Part shown: piece by piece, positions 25,170 to 35,808 of the stretch | Layout of the letters: each line of letters opens with the position of its first letter | Numbering within the stretch: the first letter of the stretch is position 1 | Origin: Acidobacteriota bacterium | GTDB lineage: Bacteria > Acidobacteriota > Terriglobia > Acidiferrales > UBA7541 | Direction of reading: 5' to 3' | DNA: 64,000 bases | Assembly (NCBI GenBank): GCA_037442425.1 | Contig: JBBIQG010000004.1 | Location: 20,036-84,035, forward strand | Notes under the pieces: model-generated | Databases searched by the model: none | What the model saw: the letters and a program-made list of their open reading frames with translations, nothing else | Told to the model about the DNA's origin: nothing | Position numbers and translations under genes: made by a program

Positions 25170-26849
25170 ATGCATCCGGGCGCCGTAACCGCTCCCCACC
25201 GCCGTTTCTTCTCGTTTGCAGCGTGGTTCTGGCTACCGGCACTGGCCATTGCCTTCCGCCTGCTGCTGGTGGCCGTGCTGCCCCGCGTGCTTCATTCCGA
25301 CGAACCGATCTATCTGTTGTTGGGCGTCAACGTACTTTCGGGGCGCGGGTATACGACCTGGCTGACACCGGATCTTCATTTTCCTCCGCTCTTTCCGTTT
25401 GTGGCGGGTCTTTTCTATCGTGTGACCGACAACTTGGAGTGGGCCAGCAATTTCGCCTATGCGTTGTTCGGTGGACTGCTCGTCGTGCCCCTGTTCTTGC
25501 TGGCCCGACGAGTCTACGGCACCACAACGGCCTGGGTCACGGCAGTGTTCGTGATGCTGTTCCCGGCGTTGAACATCAGTGTCCTCTACTGGGGCAGCAT
25601 GACCGAACCGCTCTTCTTATTTTTGCTCTACGCTGCCGCAGGGGTACTTCTGGCCGGCTTGGAGGAGCATCGCGGCCGCTGGCTGGTTGTTGCCGGAGGC
25701 CTGCTCGGCCTGGCGTATCTGACGCGGCCGGAAGCTCTCGGTTATTTCGCGGTGGGCTGCCTGCTCGTGCTGTTCTGGCCGTCGGGGGGATGGGCGCTCG
25801 GCTTGCGCCTGCGCCGGTTGGTGGGTTTCGCTGTCATCTTTCTGCTTTTTGCGGCGCCCTATCTTTTCTACCTGAAAGGACAGACCGGGCAATGGATGTT
25901 CAGCGGGAAAGGGTCGCTTTCCTGGGAACTGGGCGGAGAACTTGGGCAAACCGGAAAAGGTTACGACTGGCTGATCGCTCGCCTGGATTCTTCGCAGCAG
26001 GAAATCTACTGGTTCTCGCCGGAGCGCTTTCAGCACCCCGTCGGGATGAAACAGGCACTGTGGAACGACCCGATGCAAGTTTTGAAACGGCTGATGCGCA
26101 ATGCCAGCGACCTGCCGTTCGTGCTGTTCGAATGGCATGTCTTCTGGTTCGGTCTGTTGCCGTTGGTCGGTCTGGGACTGTTCGGGGATGCGTGGGACCG
26201 CGCCCGGTTGTGGCGCGAGTGTTTCCTGTTTGCCTGGCTGCTCCCACTGGCCGGACTGCTGCTGTTTCGTCTGGTGCTGCGATTCTATGCTCCGGTGTTT
26301 CCTTTGCTGTTGCTCTGGACCGCTCATGGCGCGGTGGTGCTCGGAACCCGCTTGCAGCAGACCGCGGTCCTTTGCGGCGCGAACGCCGCTCGGCGAGCCT
26401 GGCCCGCCCATCTGCTGCGTTCAGTACCGGCAGCCTTTGTGGTTTTCTATTTTCTGATCATTTCGTTGAGCCTGGTTGCGAACCATCGCCATGAGCTTTT
26501 CCTGGGCTACAAAAAAGCGGCGGCGTGGCTGGAACAGCATTCGCTTCCTACCGCGCGCGTCATGACCCGCGAGACGGCGGTTGGCCTCTATGCGGCTCGC
26601 GTGCGAGTCCCTTTTCCCAATGCCCCGTGGGAGCAGGTGCGTGACTACGCGCGCCGACACCAGGCCGACTACTTGATCGCCACGGAATTCGAGCTCACCC
26701 AGCTGCGCCCCCAACTGCAACGGCTGGTGCATCGCGAAACCCTGCCGCCGGAACTCCAACTGCTCCACCAGATTCCAGAGCCCGGCGGGCAGGTCTTCAT
26801 CTTCCGCTTCGATTGGAGTCGGTCGGAGCCCGACTCACAGATTCGCTAA
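25170..26849 (+). CDS. GT-C fold glycosyltransferase (ArnT/PMT-like, GT39/GT83-type)
   Basis: About 12 TM helices. The first loop carries HSDEPIYLLLG (the DE motif of ArnT/PMT enzymes). There is a C-terminal soluble domain. Confidence 0.75.
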   Translation: MHPGAVTAPHRRFFSFAAWFWLPALAIAFRLLLVAVLPRVLHSDEPIYLLLGVNVLSGRGYTTWLTPDLHFPPLFPFVAGLFYRVTDNLEWASNFAYALFGGLLVVPLFLLARRVYGTTTAWVTAVFVMLFPALNISVLYWGSMTEPLFLFLLYAAAGVLLAGLEEHRGRWLVVAGGLLGLAYLTRPEALGYFAVGCLLVLFWPSGGWALGLRLRRLVGFAVIFLLFAAPYLFYLKGQTGQWMFSGKGSLSWELGGELGQTGKGYDWLIARLDSSQQEIYWFSPERFQHPVGMKQALWNDPMQVLKRLMRNASDLPFVLFEWHVFWFGLLPLVGLGLFGDAWDRARLWRECFLFAWLLPLAGLLLFRLVLRFYAPVFPLLLLWTAHGAVVLGTRLQQTAVLCGANAARRAWPAHLLRSVPAAFVVFYFLIISLSLVANHRHELFLGYKKAAAWLEQHSLPTARVMTRETAVGLYAARVRVPFPNAPWEQVRDYARRHQADYLIATEFELTQLRPQLQRLVHRETLPPELQLLHQIPEPGGQVFIFRFDWSRSEPDSQIR

Positions 26850-26923
26850 CCGCAGTGCAGCAGGTGTTCCCGCCTTTCGCTTCCCTGTGATATAAGCGTG
26901 CCAATTCACGATGAGGTGAACGA

Positions 26924-27925
26924 ATGCATCAAAGAGATGCTTTTCTTCGGTCGTTGTGCCTGCTCGCCGGAGCAGCGTTGTTGGCCCCTGCACTTTCTAC
27001 CGGACAGCGTCCGGTGAAGCGGTACGAGCCACCTGCTGGGTCAGGCGTGCCCACGTTTGCTGTCCGCGAGCCGGTGCTGCGCCTGCAGCCAGGCGACGTG
27101 GTGGAAACGCAGACCCTCTCGGGTGGCTACTATGAAGTTCCTGGTGGCGCCTGGCCCGGGGAAGTCGGTCCCTTCTACATCGAAGGTGCCACGCCCAATG
27201 ACACGCTGGTGGTGAAAATTCTCCGCCTGCGTCCGAACCGCGATTCGGCGGTCTCGACCCACACGCCCGGTTTCATCAGTGCCGTCGCAGGCGACCGTTA
27301 CACCCGCGTGCTGAACGACCCGATTCCCGCTCGACGCTACGTCTGGCGCTTGGATCGGCAGCGTAACCTGGGAATTCTCGAACTGCCCGCCAGTGCGCGC
27401 CGACTCGAGGTTCCGCTGCGACCGATGCTCGGACGCGTCGCGGTGGCACCCGAAGGCGCAGAAGCCTTCGGGGGACTGTGGCCCGGCAACTTCGGCGGCA
27501 ACATGGATGCAGCAGACGTCACCGAAGGCGTGACCGTCTATCTGCCGATTTTTCACGACGGCGCACTGTTCTATTTCGGAGATTTCCACGCGCTGCAGGG
27601 TGACGCCGAAATCTGCGGTTCGGGTCTGGAAAGCACCGCCGAGGTCACCTTCCAGTTCGACCTCATCAAGGGCAAGCGCATTGCCTGGCCCCGACTGGAA
27701 AACGAGACACACATCATGGTCGTGGGCAGTGCCCGGCCGCTGGATAACGCTCTGCGCATCGCCGCCGTGGAGATGATCGAATGGCTGGTGGCCGATTACG
27801 GCTTCGACAAGTGGGATGCCTACCAGACCGTATCGCAGCTCACCGAGATGCGCATCGCGAACATGGTGGACCCGCTCTACAGTGTTGTGGTGCGGATGCC
27901 GAAGGAGCATTTGCACAGGCCTTAG
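26924..27925 (+). CDS. Acetamidase/formamidase family amidohydrolase with an N-terminal signal peptide
   Basis: GNFGGNMDAADVTEGVTVYLPIFHDGALFYFGDFHALQGDAEICGSGLE matches the FmdA/AmdA family core. The N-terminus is LRSLCLLAGAALLAPALS. Confidence 0.85.
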   Translation: MHQRDAFLRSLCLLAGAALLAPALSTGQRPVKRYEPPAGSGVPTFAVREPVLRLQPGDVVETQTLSGGYYEVPGGAWPGEVGPFYIEGATPNDTLVVKILRLRPNRDSAVSTHTPGFISAVAGDRYTRVLNDPIPARRYVWRLDRQRNLGILELPASARRLEVPLRPMLGRVAVAPEGAEAFGGLWPGNFGGNMDAADVTEGVTVYLPIFHDGALFYFGDFHALQGDAEICGSGLESTAEVTFQFDLIKGKRIAWPRLENETHIMVVGSARPLDNALRIAAVEMIEWLVADYGFDKWDAYQTVSQLTEMRIANMVDPLYSVVVRMPKEHLHRP

Positions 27926-28384
27926 CAGTCCAGTCGGAGCCCACGTCGTGGTTCTGCAAATGGGGGAGCGCAGTGTGCTCGGCATGCACTCCAGCCGAAG
28001 GACGGCGGCTCCGAGCTCGTCAGTCAGCGGCCGTGGTTCGGCTGTATGGGTCGCCCCGCTACGCAGAGCCGTCCGTCATCAACCTGCGCCCGTGGCCGCC
28101 TGAAATCCCAGCAGGGCAGCCAGGAAGAGAAATAGATTCGTGGAGGCGTTGAAACCTGACGAAGAATATTCGTGTCCGGCCAGCACCAATGCCAGCAGCG
28201 CCAGCCCGGCGCGCAGTACGCGGCTGAAGTTGCGTCGGGTCACAACTTCTATTTTAACGGAGTGCTGAAGAATCGGGTAGCGATGTAAAATCGCAGCGAC
28301 ATCGGCACTGTTTTCAAGGGACGCTATGTAGCGGCAACTTTATGCCGCCACTTTTTCAGCACCCTGCTAACCCTCCGGGGGAAT

Positions 28385-29785
28385 TCAGTGCACGAGATGA
28401 TATTTCGTCTGCCGCTCGAGCACCCATTCGATTTTTTCTCCCACGAGCGCGGCGTCTTCCTCCTGGCCGACCCAAAGTTCCTGTCCGCCCCATTCCGGCA
28501 CCGGAGTGCGTGTGGCGAGTTCGATGGAAAACCATGTATCGGGCAGGACCAGCACGTCGCCTTTTCCGGGAATCGGCATCTGGCGGTCCCACAGGCCAAT
28601 CAGAGGTCCGGCGCCATGCCCGTGGTCGCCGATCGGATGCGTGTACACGGAACCGTTGATGCCCGCCGCCCGCATCGCCGCCAGCGTATCGAGCAAGATT
28701 TCGTTGCCCGAACGGCCCGGGCGGATGCGCGCCATCAACAGGTCCTGCAGGCGGTTGGTGTTGGCCAATGCTTGGCGAATGCCGGCTGGTGGTTCGCTTT
28801 CCCCCGGCCGGAGTACGTAGCCCATATGCTGCGTGTCGGTCGCCAGGCCCATGAACACCAGACCATAGTCCACATGCAGCACATCGCCCCGTTCGATGAC
28901 TACGTCGGCGGTTTGCGCGATAGGAGAATCGGGCGTCATCCCTTGCCGCTGCACGCGCACGGTCGGATGAAACCAGGTGCCGAAGCCCAGATCGTGCGTC
29001 TGCTGGCGCAGCCACCAGACCACATCCGTGTTCGTTGTTCGGCCCGGGGTGATCACTTCGCTGGAAAAGGCCCGCTGGAGCAGGCTGTGCACGACGGCCA
29101 TCACCTGCCGGTAGATCGGCAACATCTCCGGCACGCGGATGGAGATGTAGTCGAGCGGTAATCCTTCTGCCCGCACCAGCCGGGCTGTCCACTTCGGTCC
29201 GAGCACATCTTCGAGTTGTTCACGTTCCCCCGCCGAAAGGCCATCGCTGAAAGCGTGCGTGTGCGAAATGTTGACGGCAATCGTCTTTGGATTCCGTTCT
29301 TCGATCAACTTGCGCAGTAGCGCCCACTGGCCCTGTCCCCACAGTTCGCGGCCTTCGACCTCGGGATCGCGGTAGACCTGATAGAGTCCGCCCTGCGAAC
29401 TGCCGCCCAGTGCCAGCCGTTCCACGCCCTGCTCGGGGCCGCGGTCGTAGAAGACGTAAATTGTGCGCCGCCGCGCAGCGAAGGTCGTCGGCGATACCAG
29501 CGAGAAGAACACCGGGTCCTCGTTGTACTCCCGGCAGAGGACCAGCCACATTTCCACGCCATACCGCCGCATCAGTGTGGGCAGCACCTGTTCGAGCCGC
29601 GTGCGCAGCCAGTTCTGCTGGAGCTGAGCCTGCTCGCGGAGTTTGGGCAGGCGGGCGACCAGCGCTTCGGTCCGCTCGGCTGCCGAACGTTCTCCGGGTG
29701 CGCTCGCTGCCTGCGCAAAAAGAAATGCGACCACGACGAGCCCGGCCAAGCCCATTGAACTTCTGCCTGTTTTGCTGCGAAACAT
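28385..29785 (-). CDS. Secreted M24-family metallopeptidase (Xaa-Pro peptidase-like)
   Basis: Signal peptide MGLAGLVVVAFLFAQAASA. Pita-bread-fold segments GDVLHVDYGLVFMGLATDTQH and VYTHPIGDHGHGAGP. Confidence 0.8.
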   Translation of the reverse strand: MFRSKTGRSSMGLAGLVVVAFLFAQAASAPGERSAAERTEALVARLPKLREQAQLQQNWLRTRLEQVLPTLMRRYGVEMWLVLCREYNEDPVFFSLVSPTTFAARRRTIYVFYDRGPEQGVERLALGGSSQGGLYQVYRDPEVEGRELWGQGQWALLRKLIEERNPKTIAVNISHTHAFSDGLSAGEREQLEDVLGPKWTARLVRAEGLPLDYISIRVPEMLPIYRQVMAVVHSLLQRAFSSEVITPGRTTNTDVVWWLRQQTHDLGFGTWFHPTVRVQRQGMTPDSPIAQTADVVIERGDVLHVDYGLVFMGLATDTQHMGYVLRPGESEPPAGIRQALANTNRLQDLLMARIRPGRSGNEILLDTLAAMRAAGINGSVYTHPIGDHGHGAGPLIGLWDRQMPIPGKGDVLVLPDTWFSIELATRTPVPEWGGQELWVGQEEDAALVGEKIEWVLERQTKYHLVH

Positions 29786-29953
29786 TTCACGGCCTCCTCA
29801 TCTGTTCGGTTCGCGCCGGCACTGGTTTTGGGCGCATGTTCGGGCGGGTTATCTCTGCCGTGTTTTTCGGCTCGGGTCAACAGGTTTCTATGCCGAGTCG
29901 GACAAGCAGGTCCGCCCCTCAAAGCTGCTATACTGGTTTGCGTTCGAGCGGAC

Positions 29954-31384
29954 ATGGCCGGGCGTTTCTATATCGAAAATTTTGGCTGTCGCGCCACGCA
30001 AGCCGATACCGCGGCCGTCCAGTGCCAGTTGCGTGCAAAGGGGCTAGAAGCGGTTCCCGCACCGGAACTGGCTGATGTGGTCGTCGTCAACACGTGCACC
30101 GTGACCGCAGCAGCCGACGCGCAGGCGCGCCAAGCCATTCGGAGAATTCACCGGGAAAATCCTCGCGCGCAGATTCTCGTCACCGGTTGCTATGCGCAGC
30201 GGGCTCCGGAGGAGCTGGCTGCCCTGGAGGGTGTCGGCTGGGTGGTAGGCAATTCGCATCTGACTGAGATCGGCGCGCTGCTGACCAGTTCTCCTCCCAA
30301 GATCGGCCCGTCGGATTTTTTCCCTGCAGCGCGCCTGAGTACTGGCGTTCCGCCGGTGGCTGCTGCGTCCGCCCGGATTCTGACGGGTGACATCTTTGCC
30401 CAGACGACGGTGTCCGTGGCTCCGGTGTATGGCGAGGAAGGCGACCGCACGCGCCCGGTGCTGAAAATTCAGGATGGGTGCAACAACCGCTGCACCTTCT
30501 GCGTGATTCCCTTCGTGCGTGGACGCAGCCGCAGCCTGCCGCCCGAACAGGTGCTCGCCGAGATTCGCCGGTTGGTCGCCGCCGGCTACAAAGAAGTCGT
30601 TCTGAGCGGCATCCATTTGGGCAGCTACGGCCGTGACCTGTCTCCACGCGTCGAGCTGACCGAACTGATTCGTCGCATCCTCGAAGAAACCGATCTGCCC
30701 CAACTGCGCCTGAGCTCGATCGAGCCGATGGATGTCACGCAGGATTTCGTCGAGCTGGTGGCCACGAGCGGTCGCATCGCCCGGCACTTCCATATCCCGT
30801 TGCAGTCCGGATCCGATCGGATCTTGGCTGCGATGCATCGCTGGTACCGCGCCGCGCACTATGCGCGCCGTATCGAGCTGATCTGTGAACGCGTGCTCGA
30901 AGCCGGCATCGGTGCCGATCTGATTGTGGGCTTCCCTGGAGAAACCGAAGCCGACCATGACGCAACGATGCGACTGGTCGAGCAGCTTCCGTTTACCTAT
31001 TTGCACGTCTTTCCGTTTTCTGAGCGGCCGGGAACGGCTGCCGCCGCAATGCCAAACCGAGTTCCTCCCGCCACCGTCAAGCGCCGCAGCCGCGAACTTC
31101 GTCAGCTCGCTGCCGAAAAAGCTGCACGCTTCCGTGCCGCGCAGATCGGCCGCTGCCTGCGCGTGCTGACGTTGCAGCACACGGGTCTGACCGAGGGAAC
31201 GAGCTGGACCGAGGCGCTCACCGACCACTACCTCCGCGTTCGACTGGCAGGCAGCTATCCGGCCAACGAGTTTGTCCATGCGTGGGTCACCGGTGTGGAC
31301 GAAACGATGCTGGTGGCCCGGCTGGCTGACCCACACCCCATCGCCCCTGCCGGGGCATCGAAGGCCGCCTCGCCGTGCAGCTAA
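29954..31384 (+). CDS. mtaB: Radical-SAM methylthiotransferase, MiaB-like (MtaB type)
   Basis: FYIENFGCRATQADT (UPF0004 domain), CNNRCTFCVIPFVRGRSRS (radical SAM), C-terminal TRAM-like domain. The start is set at Met 29954. Confidence 0.75.
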   Translation: MAGRFYIENFGCRATQADTAAVQCQLRAKGLEAVPAPELADVVVVNTCTVTAAADAQARQAIRRIHRENPRAQILVTGCYAQRAPEELAALEGVGWVVGNSHLTEIGALLTSSPPKIGPSDFFPAARLSTGVPPVAAASARILTGDIFAQTTVSVAPVYGEEGDRTRPVLKIQDGCNNRCTFCVIPFVRGRSRSLPPEQVLAEIRRLVAAGYKEVVLSGIHLGSYGRDLSPRVELTELIRRILEETDLPQLRLSSIEPMDVTQDFVELVATSGRIARHFHIPLQSGSDRILAAMHRWYRAAHYARRIELICERVLEAGIGADLIVGFPGETEADHDATMRLVEQLPFTYLHVFPFSERPGTAAAAMPNRVPPATVKRRSRELRQLAAEKAARFRAAQIGRCLRVLTLQHTGLTEGTSWTEALTDHYLRVRLAGSYPANEFVHAWVTGVDETMLVARLADPHPIAPAGASKAASPCS

Positions 31385-31399
31385 AGCCAACGCTTTGGC

Positions 31400-31777
31400 T
31401 CATCCTTCGAAGATGACCTGGGCCAGAGCGGTATCGTGGTTGTGAGTGATGGAGATGATGATGTGACGCACGCCCATTTGTTCGGCAATCTGCCGCGCCA
31501 CACCAGAAAGTTGCAGCACCGGCCGGCCGCTGCTCTCGCGCACCACTTCGATGTCCACGAACCGCACACCGCGTCGCCATCCTGTGCCCAGCGCTTTCAT
31601 CGCCGCTTCCTTGGCGGCAAATCGGCCGGCGTAGCGTTCGAACTTGGCACGATGGCTTTCACAGTAGGCGATTTCGCGAGGAGTGAAAATTCGCCTCAGG
31701 AAAGACGTCCCGTGGCGCTCGATGGCGCCGGCGATGCGGCGAACTTCCACGAGGTCCACACCCAACCCGACAATCAC
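31400..31777 (-). CDS. acpS: Holo-[acyl-carrier-protein] synthase
   Basis: VIVGLGVDLVEVRRI...FTPREIAYC...YAGRFAAKEAAMKALGTG...ISITHNHDTALAQVIFE; 125 aa from the GTG at 31777. The 231-aa track ORF is an upstream over-extension. Confidence 0.85.
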   Translation of the reverse strand: MIVGLGVDLVEVRRIAGAIERHGTSFLRRIFTPREIAYCESHRAKFERYAGRFAAKEAAMKALGTGWRRGVRFVDIEVVRESSGRPVLQLSGVARQIAEQMGVRHIIISITHNHDTALAQVIFEG

Positions 31778-32013
31778 ACACCCGCCTTTGCTTTTGCTGC
31801 CCCTCGGCCGCTCCAGCGGTGGTATTTTCGCTCCGCTTCCGGCTGGCGCAGCGGTGGACTGGGCCGTTGCCGCGGGCGCCCCATGTGCCACGCCGCGCAC
31901 CGGAAGCAGGAAAATCCCCGCAGCTCGATTATATACCTTCCGGTAGAATGAAGAGCCGACGCAGCTCCATGAGGCATGCAGAACCACCGCGAAACTGCGA
32001 TGGCAGGATTCCC

Positions 32014-32916
32014 ATGAGGCGGCTTCAGGCTCCCTCCGGGCTTCATCCCGCATGGCAACTTCAGCAGCGTTGCGGGCTCTACGTATTGCAGGCAAGTTCG
32101 TTGACTCATTTCGACTGGCTGGTGCACGGATTCAGCACTACGCCGGGCGGGGTGAGTTCGCTGGCCGGTCGTCAGGTGCTGAACCTGGGCTACACGGAAT
32201 GGGACAGTCCGCAGCGCGTGGCCCAGAATCGCCGACGTTTTCTCACTGCACTCGGCGCTGACGGCTGGCCGCTCGTTACCCTGCGGCAGATTCATTCCGA
32301 CCTGGTGCACACCGTCACCGCACCGCCGCGCACGGCGGCCCGCGGAGACGCACAGATCAGCCGCACGCCGGGCCTGTTGCTGGCCGTGGGCACGGCCGAT
32401 TGCGTTCCGGTCTTGCTCGTCGATCCTGAGTGCCGTGCCGTAGCTGCCGTGCATGCCGGTTGGCGCGGAACCTTGCGGCGCGTGGTGGCGAAAACCGTGG
32501 GTCGGATGCAGATGGAATTCGGCTCGCAACCCGCAAACCTGTTGGCGGTGTTCGGCCCGGCCATCGGGGTTTGCTGCTATGAAGTCGGGCCCGAGGTGGC
32601 TGCAGCATTTGCAGCACAATTTTCCTGCGCCGGAGCCTGGTTTGACGGGCCGTTTGGCGAACTCGCCACCGGGGCGGACCCCACACCGCTACCCTGGCTG
32701 ACGATGGCTCCGCCGGGCCACACACCACCGCCAAAGCGCGTCCGACTGGACCTGATTGCAGCGAATCGCTGGCAGCTCGAAGAGGCCGGTGTGCGTCCGG
32801 AGAATATTTTCTCGAGTGGACTGTGCACAGCGTGTTGTTCCGAGTGGCTGTTCAGTCATCGTCGTGAGCGGCCCCACACGGGGCGTTTGTTGGGTGTGGT
32901 CGGCATCCGGCCTTGA
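32014..32916 (+). CDS. pgeF: YfiH/PgeF family (peptidoglycan editing factor, laccase-domain protein)
   Basis: HGFSTTPGGVS...LNLGY...RQIHSDLV...GDAQISRTPGLLLAVGTADCVPVLL...AAVHAGWRG...GPAIGVCCYEVG...CTACCSEWLFSHRRE. The start is uncertain (Met at 31948, 31969 or 32014). Confidence 0.8.
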   Translation: MRRLQAPSGLHPAWQLQQRCGLYVLQASSLTHFDWLVHGFSTTPGGVSSLAGRQVLNLGYTEWDSPQRVAQNRRRFLTALGADGWPLVTLRQIHSDLVHTVTAPPRTAARGDAQISRTPGLLLAVGTADCVPVLLVDPECRAVAAVHAGWRGTLRRVVAKTVGRMQMEFGSQPANLLAVFGPAIGVCCYEVGPEVAAAFAAQFSCAGAWFDGPFGELATGADPTPLPWLTMAPPGHTPPPKRVRLDLIAANRWQLEEAGVRPENIFSSGLCTACCSEWLFSHRRERPHTGRLLGVVGIRP

Positions 32917-33020
32917 AGGAATCGCGGGCGTGCCGTCCCGCGGCCGGAATTTCGTCACGGGTTCGCGGCTTGGCAGCGAATCGAAACCGCTGCGGCCGAC
33001 TCGGCTGCGCAAGGTGCACT

Positions 33021-34085
33021 TCAGCGGGCCGGAGCGGGCACGGCCGGTGAAATCACGTCGAGGGAGGCCAACTGACCGCAGGCAGCCATCACATCCTGTC
33101 CACGCGAATGGCGCACGGTTGCGAACACACCTTTGTCCACCAGGACGCGCTGAAACTGTTCGACGCGTTCCAGCGCGGGCCGCGCGAACGGCAGCGCCCC
33201 CGGATTCCAGGGAATCAAGTTCACCTTGCACTTCAACGGGCTGACCAGCTTGGCCAGCCGGCGCGCGTCGGCGTCCGAATCGTTGTAGCCGCCGAGCAGC
33301 ACGTATTCGAAGGTGAGTCGTTCCCAGGGTCGCAGCGGATAGCGACGGCAGGCATCGAGCAGCAACTCGAGCGGGTATTTGCGATTGATGGGCATGATGC
33401 GGTTGCGCTGTTCGTTGGTGGTGGCGTTCAGCGAAACCGCGAGCTTGGGCCGCACGGGCTCCCGTCCGAGTCGTTCGATGCCCGGCACGATGCCGCTGGT
33501 CGAAAGGGTCACGCGCCGGGGCGAAAGGCCTACGCCGCGCGGATCGAGCAAGATGCGCAGGGCAACTAGAACCGCCTCGTAGTTCAGCAGGGGTTCACCC
33601 TGTCCCATCAGCACGACGTTGGTCTGTGGCTTCAGCTCAGCCCGGTGGAGTTCGAGCACGCGCAGCACCTGTCCGAGGATTTCTCCAGCCGTCAGGTTGC
33701 GCACCAGACCGAGTGTTGCCGTCAGGCAGAACTGGCAGTTCACTGCACAACCGGCTTGCGTCGAAATGCAGAGGGTCTGCCGGGACTCTTCCGGCATGAA
33801 CACGGTTTCGATGCGCACGGCCGCCGCGTCACGACGCTCGAGCCGAAACAGGTAACGCACGGTGCCGTCGGCTGAGAGGTAGCGGCTCTCCGGTTCCGGC
33901 AACGTGATGCTGGCTTCGCGGGCTAACCGCTCGCGCAGCACCGCGGGCAGATTCGTCATCGCTGCAAAATCAAACCGCCGCTCCGCGTACAGCGCGTGAT
34001 AGATCTGCTGGCCGCGATAGGCCGGCTCGCCTAGCGCAACCACCAGCGCACGCAACTGCTCGAGGGTTTGGCCGAGCAACTCCAT
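33021..34085 (-). CDS. rlmN: 23S rRNA/tRNA adenine-C2 methyltransferase (radical SAM)
   Basis: EPAYRGQQIYHALY..., LCISTQAGCAVNCQFCLT, NVVLMGQGEPLLNY, SLNATTNEQR, ...MAACGQL. Confidence 0.9.
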   Translation of the reverse strand: MELLGQTLEQLRALVVALGEPAYRGQQIYHALYAERRFDFAAMTNLPAVLRERLAREASITLPEPESRYLSADGTVRYLFRLERRDAAAVRIETVFMPEESRQTLCISTQAGCAVNCQFCLTATLGLVRNLTAGEILGQVLRVLELHRAELKPQTNVVLMGQGEPLLNYEAVLVALRILLDPRGVGLSPRRVTLSTSGIVPGIERLGREPVRPKLAVSLNATTNEQRNRIMPINRKYPLELLLDACRRYPLRPWERLTFEYVLLGGYNDSDADARRLAKLVSPLKCKVNLIPWNPGALPFARPALERVEQFQRVLVDKGVFATVRHSRGQDVMAACGQLASLDVISPAVPAPAR

Positions 34086-34329
34086 CGTCCCTGCGCGCCG
34101 CTCCTTTCCTCATGGTAGCATGCCGCGGCTGCAAGATTCGTCAGCAAGCCAAGCGTCCCGGTGAGAGGTTGGTTTTCGCTCTTCGTGTGCTGTTTGAGAA
34201 TTGCGCCAAACAGACAAGAGGCTGGTTGGCCAGTTGGCGCTCGGTGTGCTACAAAAGAAAACAGGCCCTGCACAGTCCTGTACGCCGCAGAGGCCGTGCC
34301 GTGCGCGCACGGGATTCGAAATCAGACGC

Positions 34330-35604
34330 ATGAAGGACGATCGCACGATCCAGCGAGAGGTGTTGCCGAACGGGCTGGTCGTGGTGACCGAGCCGATGCC
34401 ACAGGTGCGTTCGGTCGCCGTGGGCATCTGGGTGCGCACCGGGTCGCGCCGCGAACCGGCCGAGTACAACGGCATCTCCCACTTCATCGAGCACATGGTG
34501 TTCAAAGGCACCGAACGACGCTCGGCCGAGCAGATCGCGCGCGAGGTGGATTCCATCGGAGGCATGCTCGATGCGTTCACCTCGAAAGAAATGATCTGCT
34601 TCAACGTGAAAGTGCTCGACGAGCATCTGGCCCCGGCTTTCGATGTGCTCAGCGATCTGGTGCTGGCCCCGCGCTTCGACGAAGCGGAGATCGCTCGGGA
34701 AAAATCGGTCGTGCTGGAAGAAATCAAAATGGAGCAGGATAATCCCGATTATCTGATCCACGAAATCTTCACGCAGAACTTCTGGTACGGCCACCCGCTC
34801 GGCAAACCGATTCTGGGCACGCGCGAGACAGTCAAGCGCTTCGATCGCGCAGTTCTGTTCGATTTCTTCCACCGCTGGTTTGCCCCGAACAACATGGTCA
34901 TCACCGCTGCCGGACATCTGCGTCACGAACAGTTGCTCGAATTGGTCACCGCTGCGTTCGGTGCGCATGCTCCGGCCGAAGATGGTTTCGCAGACACGAC
35001 GCCGCGACCCCACGCGCGGATCGTCACCCGCGCCAAGCGCGAGCTCGAGCAGGTGCACATCTGCCTGGGCGTGCCCTGCTACCCGATGGGGCATGAGAAA
35101 CGCTACGCAGTGGCTCTGCTGAACACGATCCTGGGTGGCGGCATGTCGTCCAGACTGTTCCAGAATATCCGCGAGCGGCAGGGACTGGCCTATGCCGTCT
35201 TCAGCGAAGTGAATCCGTACCGCGACACGGGACTGTTGTCCGTCTATGCGGGGACTTCGCTGGAAAGTGCGGACCGATTGGTCCGTTCGGTCGCCGAAGA
35301 ATTTCGCAACCTGAAGGAGAAGGGGATCACCGAAGAAGAGCTCCGCCGCGCCAAAGAATATCTGAAAGGCTCACTGATGCTCTCGCTGGAATCCACCACG
35401 GCCCGCATGACCAATCTGGCGCGACAGGAAATCTACTTCGGACGGTTCTTCAGTCTCGATGAAATCGTTGCGGCCATTGAAGCCGTGACCGCCGAAGAGA
35501 TTCGCGAGCTGGCACGTGAGCTCTTCCTTTCCGAGAAGATTGCCGCGACGCTGCTCGGTAACCTGGACGGCTTCCGGCTGACGCGCGATCAACTGGCCTG
35601 CTGA
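34330..35604 (+). CDS. M16 family zinc peptidase (insulinase/pitrilysin-like)
   Basis: GISHFIEHMVFKGT (HxxEH zinc motif). About 424 aa from the Met at 34330. Confidence 0.85.
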   Translation: MKDDRTIQREVLPNGLVVVTEPMPQVRSVAVGIWVRTGSRREPAEYNGISHFIEHMVFKGTERRSAEQIAREVDSIGGMLDAFTSKEMICFNVKVLDEHLAPAFDVLSDLVLAPRFDEAEIAREKSVVLEEIKMEQDNPDYLIHEIFTQNFWYGHPLGKPILGTRETVKRFDRAVLFDFFHRWFAPNNMVITAAGHLRHEQLLELVTAAFGAHAPAEDGFADTTPRPHARIVTRAKRELEQVHICLGVPCYPMGHEKRYAVALLNTILGGGMSSRLFQNIRERQGLAYAVFSEVNPYRDTGLLSVYAGTSLESADRLVRSVAEEFRNLKEKGITEEELRRAKEYLKGSLMLSLESTTARMTNLARQEIYFGRFFSLDEIVAAIEAVTAEEIRELARELFLSEKIAATLLGNLDGFRLTRDQLAC

Positions 35605-35774
35605 CTTCACCCATCCCGAGGGGCCCGCGTCTCTCGGATTTGTCGTAAACGTAATTAACGCGTAAGAACGCAGAGGCCGGCCTGCACCTCGCCGTTTCTT
35701 CGCGCTCATGCTAGAACGGCACTGCCGGCGAATCGGCCGCCGGCCTGTGTTTCGAATCAGCCTTCCCCAAAGCG

Positions 35775-35808
35775 GCGCGGCTCCCGGTGTCTGGATCGGG
35801 AGCCGCGC
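35775..35808 (+). terminator. Perfect 12-bp GC-rich hairpin (GCGCGGCTCCCG - 10-nt loop - CGGGAGCCGCGC) followed by ACCTGTTTCTG
   Basis: Read directly from the sequence. It lies 170 nt downstream of the M16 peptidase stop, inside a 350-nt non-coding gap. The U-tract is imperfect, so terminator function is tentative. Confidence 0.35.

Noticed and set aside
28079-28243. 54-codon minus-strand ORF (VTRRNFSRVLRAGLALLALVLAG...LFLFLAALLGFQAATGAG) resembling the start of a DUF2892/YgaP-like small membrane protein
   Set aside because: It ends before the conserved Cys-Pro segment of that family. It has a GTG start without a clear ribosome-binding site, and I cannot verify homology. The evidence is too weak to call.
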